A DNA stretch of 62,304 bases, filler included, from Myxococcota bacterium (GTDB taxonomy: Bacteria; Myxococcota_C; UBA6777), in the NCBI GenBank assembly GCA_023150835.1. It is 3 parts of 3 records of this genome, joined end to end, with 100 filler letters (N's around TTAATTAATTAA, not from the genome) between each part and the next. Parts side by side here need not be neighbours in the genome. Positions count along the whole stretch, not along the records: positions 15,568 to 47,080 come from JAKLKB010000151.1; 2 more parts are not named here. The stretch is one strand, 5' to 3'. This document shows, in pieces, positions 19,107-30,431 of this stretch (positions are counted from its first letter, which is position 1; each line of letters begins with the position of its first letter). Below the pieces are notes generated by a model that was not told where the DNA came from, did not search any database, and was given only the letters and a program-made list of their open reading frames with translations. A program made the translations under genes and the position numbers.

Positions 19107-19775
19107 TTAATCTCCCACCATATCTATAGATTTTTTTACCATCTGGATTGTTTCATCTGACACTTTGCTTATCGCAGTTCGGAGCTCTTTTAAGGCTTCG
19201 AACCACAAAGCAGTGGAAAGAAAAAAGCGAAGTATGGGTTTAACTTGCGGGACTTTCCCTTGCACCAAACGCTTCGGATTGAGCATCTCGACATCAAAAA
19301 AATCTAATTGCACAACGTCAATACCATACAGCACGGCTACGAGCGGTGCTTTTTCCTTCCTAGTGGTTTGTGGATCTACGTTTTGAAGTTCTTCGATGTT
19401 CAGCAATCGCACGGAAGGCCATTCAGATCCGTAAGCTCCATCCATATGTTTTCTCAACTCACCGTCCATTCGGGCAAGCGACTCGTTAAACATAAAGAGA
19501 AACCGAAAAGGCATACACATGGTGACCATACCTTGAAGTTTTCTCTTTACGTTAGGTTCGGACGGAAAGAGTTGAGCAAAGTGCAGTTGGTATAAACCAG
19601 CGTTGTGTGACAAACCAAATCCATCGGCCATGTATTGGTGACTCGGGGTCTCTAAGAGATCAAGATCAATACTCAGTCGACCGTCCTTGAGATGAGCTTG
19701 GTGCCTATTGTTTGCCCTTTCGGTTTTTGGCTTGTTTGTTGTCCTTTGGTTTCTAGAGTTCTTGTTCTTGCTCAA
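19107..19775 (-). CDS. Hypothetical protein, possibly tandem DUF3467-like domains
   Basis: TTG start after AAGGTGG; YMADGF..YQLHFAQ and YGID..QLDFF...ILRFFLS patterns. Confidence 0.6.
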   Translation of the reverse strand: MSKNKNSRNQRTTNKPKTERANNRHQAHLKDGRLSIDLDLLETPSHQYMADGFGLSHNAGLYQLHFAQLFPSEPNVKRKLQGMVTMCMPFRFLFMFNESLARMDGELRKHMDGAYGSEWPSVRLLNIEELQNVDPQTTRKEKAPLVAVLYGIDVVQLDFFDVEMLNPKRLVQGKVPQVKPILRFFLSTALWFEALKELRTAISKVSDETIQMVKKSIDMVGD

Positions 19776-20172
19776 AAGGATACCACCTTACGAAAAGCTT
19801 ATCGGTTTGTGCCGTGTGCATCATATCCAACAGACAGATAAAGTCAAGCATGCTCGGCTTCTACTGTAGCCGTAGACGCACAAAACAAATAAAGTTTCAT
19901 CACGCCTCAAAACATGCATACGGCGCATGCATATTTAACTGTATAACAAGCCCGCTCTCTTGTCCATTCCCTCTTCTCAAAACTCCTTTCTCTTTCATGA
20001 TCTCACACCCATGTCAGACGAATAAGTTTATAAACACCAGAGTTAGCTACTTTTTGGTCTTCGGCACTGATTTCCACGTGGGCTTGAATAAGGAGATTGA
20101 TAAAAATCGAGGGTGTGGGTGTGGTGTTTTTAGATGGGGAGGGGTGGGGGTTTAGGGAGGGTGATCGGGAGG

Positions 20173-23100
20173 CTATGCCTTCCACCAGATGTACTCGATG
20201 TTTTTGCGACCCTTGCCGGACTTGCCGATCTTCACGTCGACCTCGATGCCCTTCTCTTTGTATCCCATCCGCTTGGGTGGTCTCATATTCTCGTATCCTG
20301 TGATCATCACGGGGCCACGAACCTTTGAAAGAGCCGTCAACACTTCGTTGTAGTCGTCCATGTTGTAGCATTTTCCGCGCTCTCCGTAGCCAACATGACA
20401 GGCTTCGGGGTACGGCGGATCGACAAACCACGTCACATCCGAACGATCTTTCAAGTCTTCGATCATGTCCAAGGCATCGGCGTAAATGATTGCCTTGCGC
20501 ATCTCCTTTGCGGCTTCCTTGATCACCTGCAATCGGCTTGACAAGAGCTTGTCCGTTGGGAACTGGAACCGCCCAAAGGGATCACGGAAAATGCGATGAT
20601 GTAGGGCTTTTGCGGCCTTGTACTCATCGCCAAGATCAAGCTCTGTTTGCAGATGATCCTCCACCTCAAACAAGAGCATCTGCCGGAAAAGGGTTTCTGG
20701 ATTGCCTTTTTTGAGTCGCTGAAAGACCTCGCGGATCTCGCTGTTTTGTTCGGCAAGGTAGATCTTCTTTGCGCCGTAGTTTCTGGAGACAACGGCAGAT
20801 CCAGCGAATGGCTCCGCAATGTTGTCTGTACCGATCTTTCCCAAGATATCCCGAATGTGCGGCCAAAGCTGGTTCTTTGCTCCGATGTGATAAAACAGCG
20901 GCGTGGGCTTGTCTCCCTTGAAGAGAGCAGGGTTGTCTCTGTATCCAGAGAGCCAGCTTTCAAAGTGTTCTTTGTAGCTTGTTTCGGCAAGCGGAATCGA
21001 CCGAATCGGCATGATGATGTGAATTTCGCCGTTCCCACGCCGCACACAGATCGGCTTGCCGAAGGCCGATGATTTGTTGATCGGGTCTTGGTGATAGAAA
21101 GATATCTGCGAAACTTCGCTCTCATCGCCGCTTTGGAGGGCTTGAAGAAGATAATTTCCGTTGACGTGGATCTCATGCGCTTGATGATCAGAAGACGCAA
21201 GCGCGTCAGAAGAAAAGTACACACGAAAGAAATCGAATCGTCGGGATAATTTTTCGCTGAAGTCTTCGTGGTACGTCGGAGCGAAATAGACTCCCTTGTG
21301 ATCCACTCCAAGCGTAAGAAAATTAAACCGAAATGCGGAAAGCGTTTTCATCATCAAGGCGAGTATTTGTTGCGCCTTAATTGTGTTGAAAACAACCTTT
21401 ATTCGGGGGATTTGTTTGGCTGTATGCTTTTTAACCTTCTCTTCTTTGCCCAATATATCGAGCATTGCGATCAATGAATTGGTGGGGTAATGCGAAGGCA
21501 GTATTTTTCTCTTCTCCACAGAACCATAGCCAAAATCGTCCATGCGTAGTGTTGTGATCTCTCCGTCGTTTGCGTAAGAGGTCGGGATATAGGCGGCGCG
21601 ATGTCCATTTGTGGCGATGGCATAGGAGTTGTGGAAAAGAATGCCAGTAAGATAGCTCCGAAGCTCCGCGTTGTCGTCATCTTCTTGGAGTGCGAACCTA
21701 TCCGCTCGCTGCATCGCCTCAGTGCGGAGCTTGAGATCAGGTGTGATGTGAAGCGCCTTCTTTGGCTTCCCATCAAATTCTGATGCCGTAAATCGCTCCC
21801 AATCGTCCCCAACCACCTGCTTCCAGTCATCCAATGCGCGAAGCTGAAAAATCACAGCGTCCATATCTTCGGACTTTCGCTCCACAAGCTCGCCTTGTCG
21901 ATTGCGAACCACATCCCCTTTTCGATTGCGGATGGTGTAGAAGTCAACCCACTCTCCAGCGTCCTTGTCATCGGGTTCTGGAACCCACTCTTTGCTTTTC
22001 TCGATGGTGTAAAGGGGCTTGTATGTTTCAACGCTTGCGGGAGAGGATTGCGCGTTTTTTGTCGGATGCGCTGGCGTTATCGCTCCGGATGTGGCGACAC
22101 TGCTTTCAGGCTTTTTTTTCGCTGCCACCTGCAAACTGCTTCCAAAGCTGCACCGCTGAACCCAAAACCCCCAGCGCATCGACCGTTGAATCTGCGGCCT
22201 TTGTACCATAGTGGATAGGTTGCCCAAGCTCCTGTGCGATGCGCTCGACATGGTAGAGATAGACCCATGCTGGGAGATTGCCGTGATCGCTCGCGTTCAA
22301 AAGAGGCTCGATCTCTTCGATGGGAAGGCGCAAATTGGCAAGATCTCGTAAGGCCGCTTGTGTCTCCATCTTGTCAGCCCATCCTGAAAACAGCATGGGG
22401 ATAAATGTTCGTGCAAAGTCCATGATCCCAGCTTTGGGGGGAAACCACGACTTGCCAAGTCCCTCAAGAACTCTCAAGTTCTTGAACTCTGCCTTGTGAA
22501 CATCTGTTAAGAGCTTTTTGTAGTACGCAAAGTGATCGCCATCCATGCTTAGGCCAAGCATGCGCTCCTTGCGCTCCATCGCGGCGAGTTGTTGCAGCGC
22601 ATTCAGTGTCGCTCGGTAGTCGCCTCCGCTGCTTACGAGGTTCTCGTATTCACCCGAAGCGATAAGGGCTTTGTTTTCTTCCCACCAAGCGAGGATGTTT
22701 TGGCCCATCCGTAGATACGGGAACAATTCAATAGCCTCTTCTTCGTCACTGTCTTCGATCTCTTCGACATATTCGGACTCTTGGGCTTTTTCTGCGACGT
22801 CTTTCACCGTGGCTTCTGTTTGGCGCAACGAGTTGAGATGTTCCAAGAAACGCTTTGCGATATCTTGCTCTTTTTTGAGTCTGTTGTTTCCAAGCAGCGC
22901 AGATGCCGCAGGGATCGTTTTGGAGAGCAGTTGCTCCGCAAACATACGGGCATCGACTTCGGAGGAGAGCGTGTGCAAACGCAGGCCCGACTCTTGGTGC
23001 ATCACTTCAAACGCTCCATCGGCGTTCTTGTAATAGCTGAGACCTTTCTTTTCGTACCCATGCGTCTCGAATCCACCGTGATTCTCGCCTTCTACATAGG

Positions 23101-24211
23101 TCGCCACGCGAACATGGTTCACCCTCAACCATCCCTCGCTATCGAGTTCTTGCTGGATCTCGCCCACCTCGCTGTTTCCGCCCTTTGTCGCAGCCTTCTT
23201 TGGTGTGGGCACATGGGCCTTTTGGTTTAGCGTCGTGGTCTTCTTTGTCTTCGGAAGGACGGACTTTTCTTCGTCGGGGATCTCTTTGGGATCGGGTGGC
23301 GGAGTGCCTTTTTTCAAACCTTCCTTGCCGTAAGCCGACTTGAACCGCGCAAGCTCTTGCTCTGCTTTTTCGATCTGCGCCTTGATGCCGCGTTTTTTCG
23401 CCTTCGCGAGCTTTTCTTTTCTGCGTTCGATCCCTGCACGAACAAACGCCGCAAGTTCGGCCTTCCAAGACTTTTTGAGTGTTTCCAAAAAAGCCGACCA
23501 TGTGGACGACTTCGGCTTTCCGTCGAATCTGTCGGCGTATTCGACCTGATCGTTTTCCTTGTCGAGTGCTGTGATGGTGTAGTTGCAAGCTGCGCTGTCG
23601 TGGGGGGCGATGCGTACCACATCCCCTACTTGCAAACGCTCGATCCAGTCGGGGTTCATGCGACCATCGCGCACATAAAAATACCGATTGAGGCGTTTCC
23701 GCGCAAAGGACGGACATTCGGGGTTTTCGCGGTATCCGCTGTAGCGCGTCGGAACCCACACCTCGCGCCCACCCAACAGAATAGCACCCTCTGCGATGCG
23801 AAAGGATGTCTTGTGGTCAACGTAGTGCCATCCGAGATCATCGAATGGGGCATAGCTGACACGGCGAAAGCCCATCCGCTCAATGATCTCCCGCGCATAA
23901 TCGGCATGTTCGACGACTGTGGGAGGATCATGCGAACACAGATAAGCGTGGACGTTGCGTTGGTTCTCAGCCATCGCTCGCTTTTTTCCAGCCTGTTCAA
24001 CGCGAGGAAAGACCACGCCATTGAAGATCACCGCTTGATCTGCCGAAAGATGCTCGATCACCTTGCCCTTGAAACGCAAAGACCAGCCGCCTGTATGCAG
24101 ATTGCGATAGAGGCAATACGCAGCGCCTTTTTTGGCAGGTTTTCCCGAAGATTCTTGTTCTTCAAACCAGCGATCCACGGGGTTGTTTTTGTCGTTTGCA
24201 CCGTCGTACAT
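20173..24211 (-). CDS. Polyvalent protein (~1345 aa if the A8 frameshift at 22112-22119 is corrected): YRNLH phage domain, beta-clamp-like domain, Dam-like DNA adenine methyltransferase
   Basis: ORF 24211-22106 and ORF 22251-20173 join by removing one A. Motifs: YRNLH..WS..RNVHA; RSYLTGILF..ATNGHR..NYLLQAL..IIMPIR; YHIGAK..EPFAGS..FVDPPY. Confidence 0.7.
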
Positions 24212-24221
24212 GGTCTTTTCC

Positions 24222-27200
24222 TCACGAATAAAGGGCTTCTTCGAGATCTTCTTTGTATTTTTCGGTGGAGAGGATGCCGCGTGGGACTTTTCGAGCAAAC
24301 CAAAAGTCCGCAGCGTCTTGGAGGTCGGTGTGGCTGAGTGATTTGTCCAAGAGGCCCTGCTCGGCCATCTGCAAAAACGCACGCCATCCGTCGAGATGGA
24401 ACGCCAAGACCCGTCCGTCTCTGATCCCTTCTTGTTTGGCGATCACGAGCTTGCCTTGTTTCACCACAGGAACACGTTGGCCGCGACTGTAATATCCAGC
24501 CGTACCTGCGAGTGCTTCCGTGATCTTGGCCCCCAGCCGCTCCCATACGCGGCGCATGAACTGATCGGAGGCATACTGCCAAGAAAAAGAGGAGCTTGCG
24601 ATGCCTTCTGAGAGCCTCCAGTCCCAACCGCCGAGAGCTTCTAGCCCTCTCAGCGCCCCTTCAAGATCCGCATCAAAGTCCCAAGAAGCATGGAGGTTTT
24701 CTGGCTTCAACATGCTGATCGCAGCGTCTTTCGCTTCGTATGCTACAAAATCGTAGGCTCCGTAGCGTCGAACGCCGACCTTTTCCCCTCGAACGCGCCC
24801 AAATTCCGCATAATCCTTGCGGTCGCTGTAGGCGCTCTTGACGCCCACACGGAGACCTTCGTAGAGAACCACCCCGGCGTCTCCCACCAAAATCTCTTTT
24901 TCCCGAACATTGACAGCCCATGGATAGAACGGCCATGCCTGCGGGTCGAGTTCGCTCAACTCCTCCAATAGCTCCTCACCTTCTGCGCGGAGTTGTGCGG
25001 CGATCTCGCCCGTCTTGTACTCTGCCCTGCGGAAACGAGCGTTGGCCTTGTAAAGCGTTCTTCTTGCATGTTCGGCAATTTTTGCGCGGCGCTCGGCCTC
25101 GGCCTTTTCCTTGAGCGCATCAAGCATTTGGCGGGTTCGCTCCGGGTCGCGTGAGATCATCAGCAGGATCTCGTCGGGGCCAAGGTTCATCTGTGCGCCG
25201 GGGTTGTTGGTGTCGCGGTCTTGGGACTTGATCAAGTTCACCATCCAGCCGCGTTTGCCTTGGATCAGGTTGAAGCGCATCCCGTCTTGGCTGCGTTTGG
25301 CGAAGTAGTAGTTGATGGCGATGGCATCGAGCGTGTTGCCTTGGCGTACCCCACGTCCGTTGCGTTGTTGGAGCGTTGCAGGCTCCCAAGGCAGGTCGAT
25401 GTGGTGGATCTCACAGGTTCGGCGCTGTAGGTCGATACCTTCGTAGGCAACGGCGTTTGCCACCACGACATCGTATATTGGGGCCGTCTCGTCGCTTCCA
25501 TTGAACTCTAGAGCGATGCGTTGACGATCTGCTGTGTTCTTCGCAACGACGGCATTGAGAACGGCGATGCGCTTTTCTGGGACGCCGTGTTTCACAAGGG
25601 TTTGCACGATCCAACGATGGGCTGCGACGTTATCGCAAAACACGATATGACCGCAGTGTTGCGCTGCATTGACTCGTTTGGCCATCGCCTTAAACTTCGG
25701 AGAGATGGGGTCAACATCGGCACTGGCCGCCGTTTTCCAGTCGTAGCCCTCGTCGAGATCGGAGTGAATCGACACCAGCGCCATCCTTGCGAGTAGTCCA
25801 AGGATTTGTGCCTTATCCCGCATGTCCGTGCTTTTGAGCGAATCCTCGATCTCTTCGACGTAGCCTGCGTATTTTCGCTCCTGCGCCTGATCCATGTCCA
25901 CCTCGATCACATTGACCGTAGGTTCTGGCAACACAAGTCCCACATCTTCAGCCGTTTTGAAGTCTGCGTAGCGGAAGATCACTTCTCGCAGCTCATGGAG
26001 GTTCTTAAAGCCGACCACCGCAGACTTTGAGGTGATCTGCATATCGGTTCCGATCACTTGCTTGAGTTCGATCTTCAAGTAGCGGTCGATGAATTGCTCA
26101 GGATCGTAGATGCCCATACGCTCCCAAACCTTGGGATCGATCATCTGGAGCAAGCTGTAAAACTCCAAGGGGCTGTTTTTTGCGGGTGTTGCGGAGAGTA
26201 GAACGATCCCCGTCCCGCCTGTTTTTTTGACGAACAGCGTTGCAACGGAAGTCCATCTGCCAAGCGCGGTTCGAGCCTTCGCCAGCGTTGCCCATGAAAC
26301 GAGGAACCCCACCTTCGCGTGCTTCGGGCATATAGAGGTTCTTAAAGTTTTGCGCCTCATCGACCACGAGCATATCCACGCCGATATCGTCCCACGCGAT
26401 TCCGGGGTCGTACTCCCACGCTTCGGGGATCTCCATCTTTTCCGCGATCCAAGCTGCAACGCCTTCTTTGAGCAGGGCTTCTTGGCGCTCTGTGATATCG
26501 CCCTTGCCTCGATCTCGTTTCTTGGCGTTTCTCTGCCTCAGCTTGATCTCGCGCTTGATCGCCTCGACGCCATCGGCATATTCGCGCAGGGTATCTTCAT
26601 TCATGCGCGTTCGTGCGAGCGCGGAGTAGGTGAGGATCACCACGTCATACTCACCCGCTTGAAAGCGCGTCCACTTTTCAGCCCGATCTTTCGGCGTATC
26701 CGTCTCGCTTGTCACTTGGCCTTTTTTGTCCCCCACCTTCAATCGTTTCATCTTGGAGCCGATCACTGCGACCCGATAGTCGGGAAGGACGCGCTTGATG
26801 TCCGCTGCCCACTTCCATGCAATCGAGTTGGGAACGACGATCACAGGGCGTCTGCACCAGCCTTCTTGACGCGCCCTTGCGATCACGGCGATCCCTGTGT
26901 AGGTCTTGCCCACGCCTACATCGAAAGCCAACATCCCGCCTCGGTTTGTGAGAACGCGCCTTGCCCCCGCAGATTGGTGAGGATGGAGCTTGATATCGCC
27001 CTTTGTCCAACGAGCGATCTGGATGGGTTCGTTGCCGTAGTTTGGCTCCACATAGCCCTTGAAGAGGCGGTTGTAGGTGCGCTCGATCTGAGCCTTTCGT
27101 TCTTCGGAGGCTGTGATCCAAGAACGGAACGATTGTTCCCATGTTTTCGCCTGCTCAAGTCGCTTTTCGTCAAGATCGTCGTTCTTTTTCTTCTTGAGCT

Positions 27201-29811
27201 TGAAGTTGCTCATATCATGGTTAATCCACCCCAATATCGGGCGAATGGAGTCATAGATATACGAGCCTTTGAGGTGGGTGTCGTCGAGGTTGTCGTAGTC
27301 GATTTGTTCGTGATCGAGCGTGACGATGCCGTCTTTGCGTATCAGCGTGTTGATTTGTCTTGAGCCGTAGATCGTGACCGTTTCGTTGATCCACTGCGTG
27401 ACCAACTCCAAGGGAACCCAACCCTGACGCGGGGAAATGTCTTCGATATCCTCAAACACGGATGGATTGATGGCTTTGAGAAGGCGCTGTTCTTGGAATT
27501 CAAGTTGGCTTTGGAGAGCTTTGTCGTTCTTGTCATCCTTCATCTTGGCGCGTAGTGCGTCATATTTGAGCCACAGATCGCCGCTGAGGTAGTCTTGTTC
27601 GGGGTAGAGATGAGTGCCATCGATGCACCATCCACCTTTGAACAACTCAGCCAAGCCCGTCTTTTTGAGATACGAAAGCGCGACTTGCTGATCCACCCGT
27701 GTTTGTTGGCTCCAAGCCTCGGCGATCTGGTTCAAAGAAAGCTCTTTGTTGGCCCTGTACGCCCACTCTGCTACCGCGAGGATGTCGCCTGCTTTCCCGG
27801 TGAATCGAGGTGTCCACACAGGCTTGTTCTTGATGCCCTCGATCACGTCGCCTGTTCTCGTAAATGCCGAGAGAAAGCGTTGTACCGCCGTGTTGTCTTT
27901 CTTGATCAGGGCGTTCAGCCCTTTGTGGACGTGAGGGTTTCCATACGAGCGAACCCACGCTTGCAAAGAGGCCGACAGTTCGGGCCACAACTGGACGTGT
28001 TCGTCGCTTTCTTGGGAGGAGAGAGCGGCAAGGTAGCGATCCACCCGCGCACCAAGCTGGACGGCCAGTGCTTCCGCTTGTGAGAGACCGTCTGTATCGG
28101 TGCTGATGCTTCTCGTCACACCCGAAACAAGGGCGTTGGCTTTCTTCTTGGGCTTTGTTTTGGGGCGTAGGGAGTCTGCCAAAGCCTCCTCTGCCTCGAA
28201 CGAGCGGACGTAGTGGGCTGCTTCCACATACGTCCCTTTGGGCATCTCGCGCTCGACAAGTTCGGGCAATCGGTCAAACTCACCCACAACCTGATAGCCC
28301 CATCGAGGCTTCTTGGTTTGGTCGTCTTCTCCGCCATCTTTGCCAACTTCGATACCAAGGATGTGTTGTGGGTAAAGCTCGAAGTAGCGGCCCTCAAGGA
28401 TCTCTTTGTCGGTCTCATGCACTTCTGTGAGTTCAACGCCACGCGCACGGAAAAACAACAGATCCGTGACCAGTTCCGCCCCCGGAAAGATCCCCGAAGG
28501 CAGGCGATACGCGGCGGAAAGATGGTGTCGTTTGAGGATGGTTTCTCTGAGCGTGATCGCTGGCTTTCCTTGGCCCGTCATAAACCCGCTGGGGATCAGA
28601 AATACGCCCATCCCTTCGGGGGCCAAGAGATCAAGACCACGGCGCAGAAAGTAGGCATAGGCGCGTTTCTCTCGGTATTCTCGATTGGGATCTTCTGTGA
28701 TCGATGCACCACGCGGCCCGTAGGGAGGGTTGGACAAGACCAATCCGATCTTGCCGTAGAATTTGTCTTCGCTTGCACGAACCCACCGCTCGAACGGCCC
28801 TTCAAAGACGTGTAGATCGGGACGCATCGCTTGGAGCATCCGCGCAGACAACGCCGACCACTCGACCACTTGCCAGTCCAAAGACGAAAAGCCTTCTCCA
28901 CTGGCGGCTTGCACAAAGCGCCCGATGCCTGCGGAGGGTTCGAGCACAACAACCTTCTCATTCACCTTGGGAAGTTGATGGATGTAGGGACGGATCACAC
29001 GCGCCACTTCGCGCACGATCTTTGTGGGGGTGTAGTATTCGTGGATCAATCCGCGTTCTTCGGGTATGGGGAACCCTTCGGGAAACTTGTCAGCATACTT
29101 CTTCATCGAAAGACCACCCCAGCCCGAATACTGCGAGAGGATCACAAAGTCCTCTTGGGTCATCTCTTGCGGAGATTTTGTGGCCGCAAGTCGCATCGCG
29201 GCGAGGTTGGCTGCTTCACGCTCTTTGGCTCCCCAAAGGTCGGGGGAGTCGGTCGAAACCTCAAAGCCCCTCTCGATACGTTCTCCACGCCGCTCTTGTT
29301 GAACCTCGAAGGTTGTCGCCTTCGCTGTGGTGCTTGTCGATGCTTTGGAGAGCGACGCTTTGGGCTTCTTGGCCGCTTCTTTGATCTCGAAGGTTCCCTC
29401 GGTGCGGTCGCCTTCCTCTTGTTGCTCTCTGTATGCAAGTAGCTCTTTGGCAAATTGTTCGGCAGCTTCTTGGCTCTTGAATAGAAAGCCGTGTTCTTTC
29501 TTGTACCAACCGTAGGTCGCACGAGCCTTTTCAAGCCACCACTGGAAAGCATCACCCAACGGACGTGGTTGACGCACCACCCACGCCTTGATCTGTTGCC
29601 CCTTGGCGGTGGTGTATTCGATTTGTGCAAGTCTCCCCCGTCTCTGCGAAGGTAGAGCTTTTGGGGTAGCCTTTTGGGAGCTTCCCTTGGTCGGGCTGGC
29701 CTTGGCCTTTGCTTGGGAGGGTTTTGCGTTGGACGGAGCCTTGAGCCCTGTTTCGCTGAAAAGGTCAAGGTCTTCCAGTCCTTTGAAAAGATCCAGTTTG
29801 TCGAGATCCAT
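24222..29811 (-). CDS. DarB-like giant N6-adenine methyltransferase plus SF2/SNF2 helicase (~1860 aa; frameshift at A7 run 26222-26228)
   Basis: YSGWGG, EYYTP, LEPSAGIGRF, SNPPY; FDVGVGKT, VVDEAQNFKN, then in the next frame LLSATPAKNSPLE, EGIDLQ, PWEPATLQQRNGRGVRQGN. Confidence 0.88.
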
Positions 29812-29846
29812 GCTTCACTCCAAAGATCGGGGCGTGGCGCGCCATG

Positions 29847-30431
29847 TTACGCAGCTTCCGTCAGTTGCTTGGGTTCGTTCGCAGGGGTGAGTTCCTTGGC
29901 CTTGGCTTGTTGGCGTATCTTCCAAAGCCACGTGGCGACCGATGCAGCCACAGCACCCGCAACAGAGGCTCCGACGTATTTGGCCAACTGTACCCAGCGC
30001 GAAGGTTCTTCTTTCGGCGGATCGGCCAAGGTTTCGAGAAGATTGAAGAGGGTACACAGATCGACGGTGAGAGATTCATCGCCCGAAACATGCGCGGTAC
30101 GTTGTTCAAAGAAGATGGCGATCAAGCGGTTCTGCTCGGCTTGTCGCTCTTTGGCTTTCTCGCTGGGGCGTTGGCACTGTTGGAGGTGTAACAGTCGGGT
30201 GTGCGTAGGGAGTCCTGCGCTCCGAGCGATCTGGTTGAGCTGCGCTTGGAAGTCGATCATATCGGATTCAAGGCCGCGTCGGACTTCGTAGCTTCGTGCA
30301 AAAGCGTCCTCAAACACGGGTCGCGCATCGGCGGCTTGTTGAAGAACCAGCAAAGCAGCCATGTGACGGTTGATGAAGCGTTGTTCTTGTTCGAGAAGTT
30401 GTTGGATATGGTGTTGCAATGCTGCGGACAT
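29847..30431 (-). CDS. Helical protein with C-terminal TM anchor
   Basis: TAATG coupling; YVGASVAGAVAASVATWLW followed by KIR. Confidence 0.7.
   Translation of the reverse strand: MSAALQHHIQQLLEQEQRFINRHMAALLVLQQAADARPVFEDAFARSYEVRRGLESDMIDFQAQLNQIARSAGLPTHTRLLHLQQCQRPSEKAKERQAEQNRLIAIFFEQRTAHVSGDESLTVDLCTLFNLLETLADPPKEEPSRWVQLAKYVGASVAGAVAASVATWLWKIRQQAKAKELTPANEPKQLTEAA

Noticed and set aside
20003-20110. Possible gene remnant (FINLLIQAHVEISAEDQK...) in the AT-rich spacer
   Set aside because: No start signal or recognisable motif; cannot be supported.
22106-22125. A_AAA_AAG as a dnaX-type -1 ribosomal frameshift site
   Set aside because: Joining the ORFs needs a +1 shift, so the canonical -1 mechanism does not fit.
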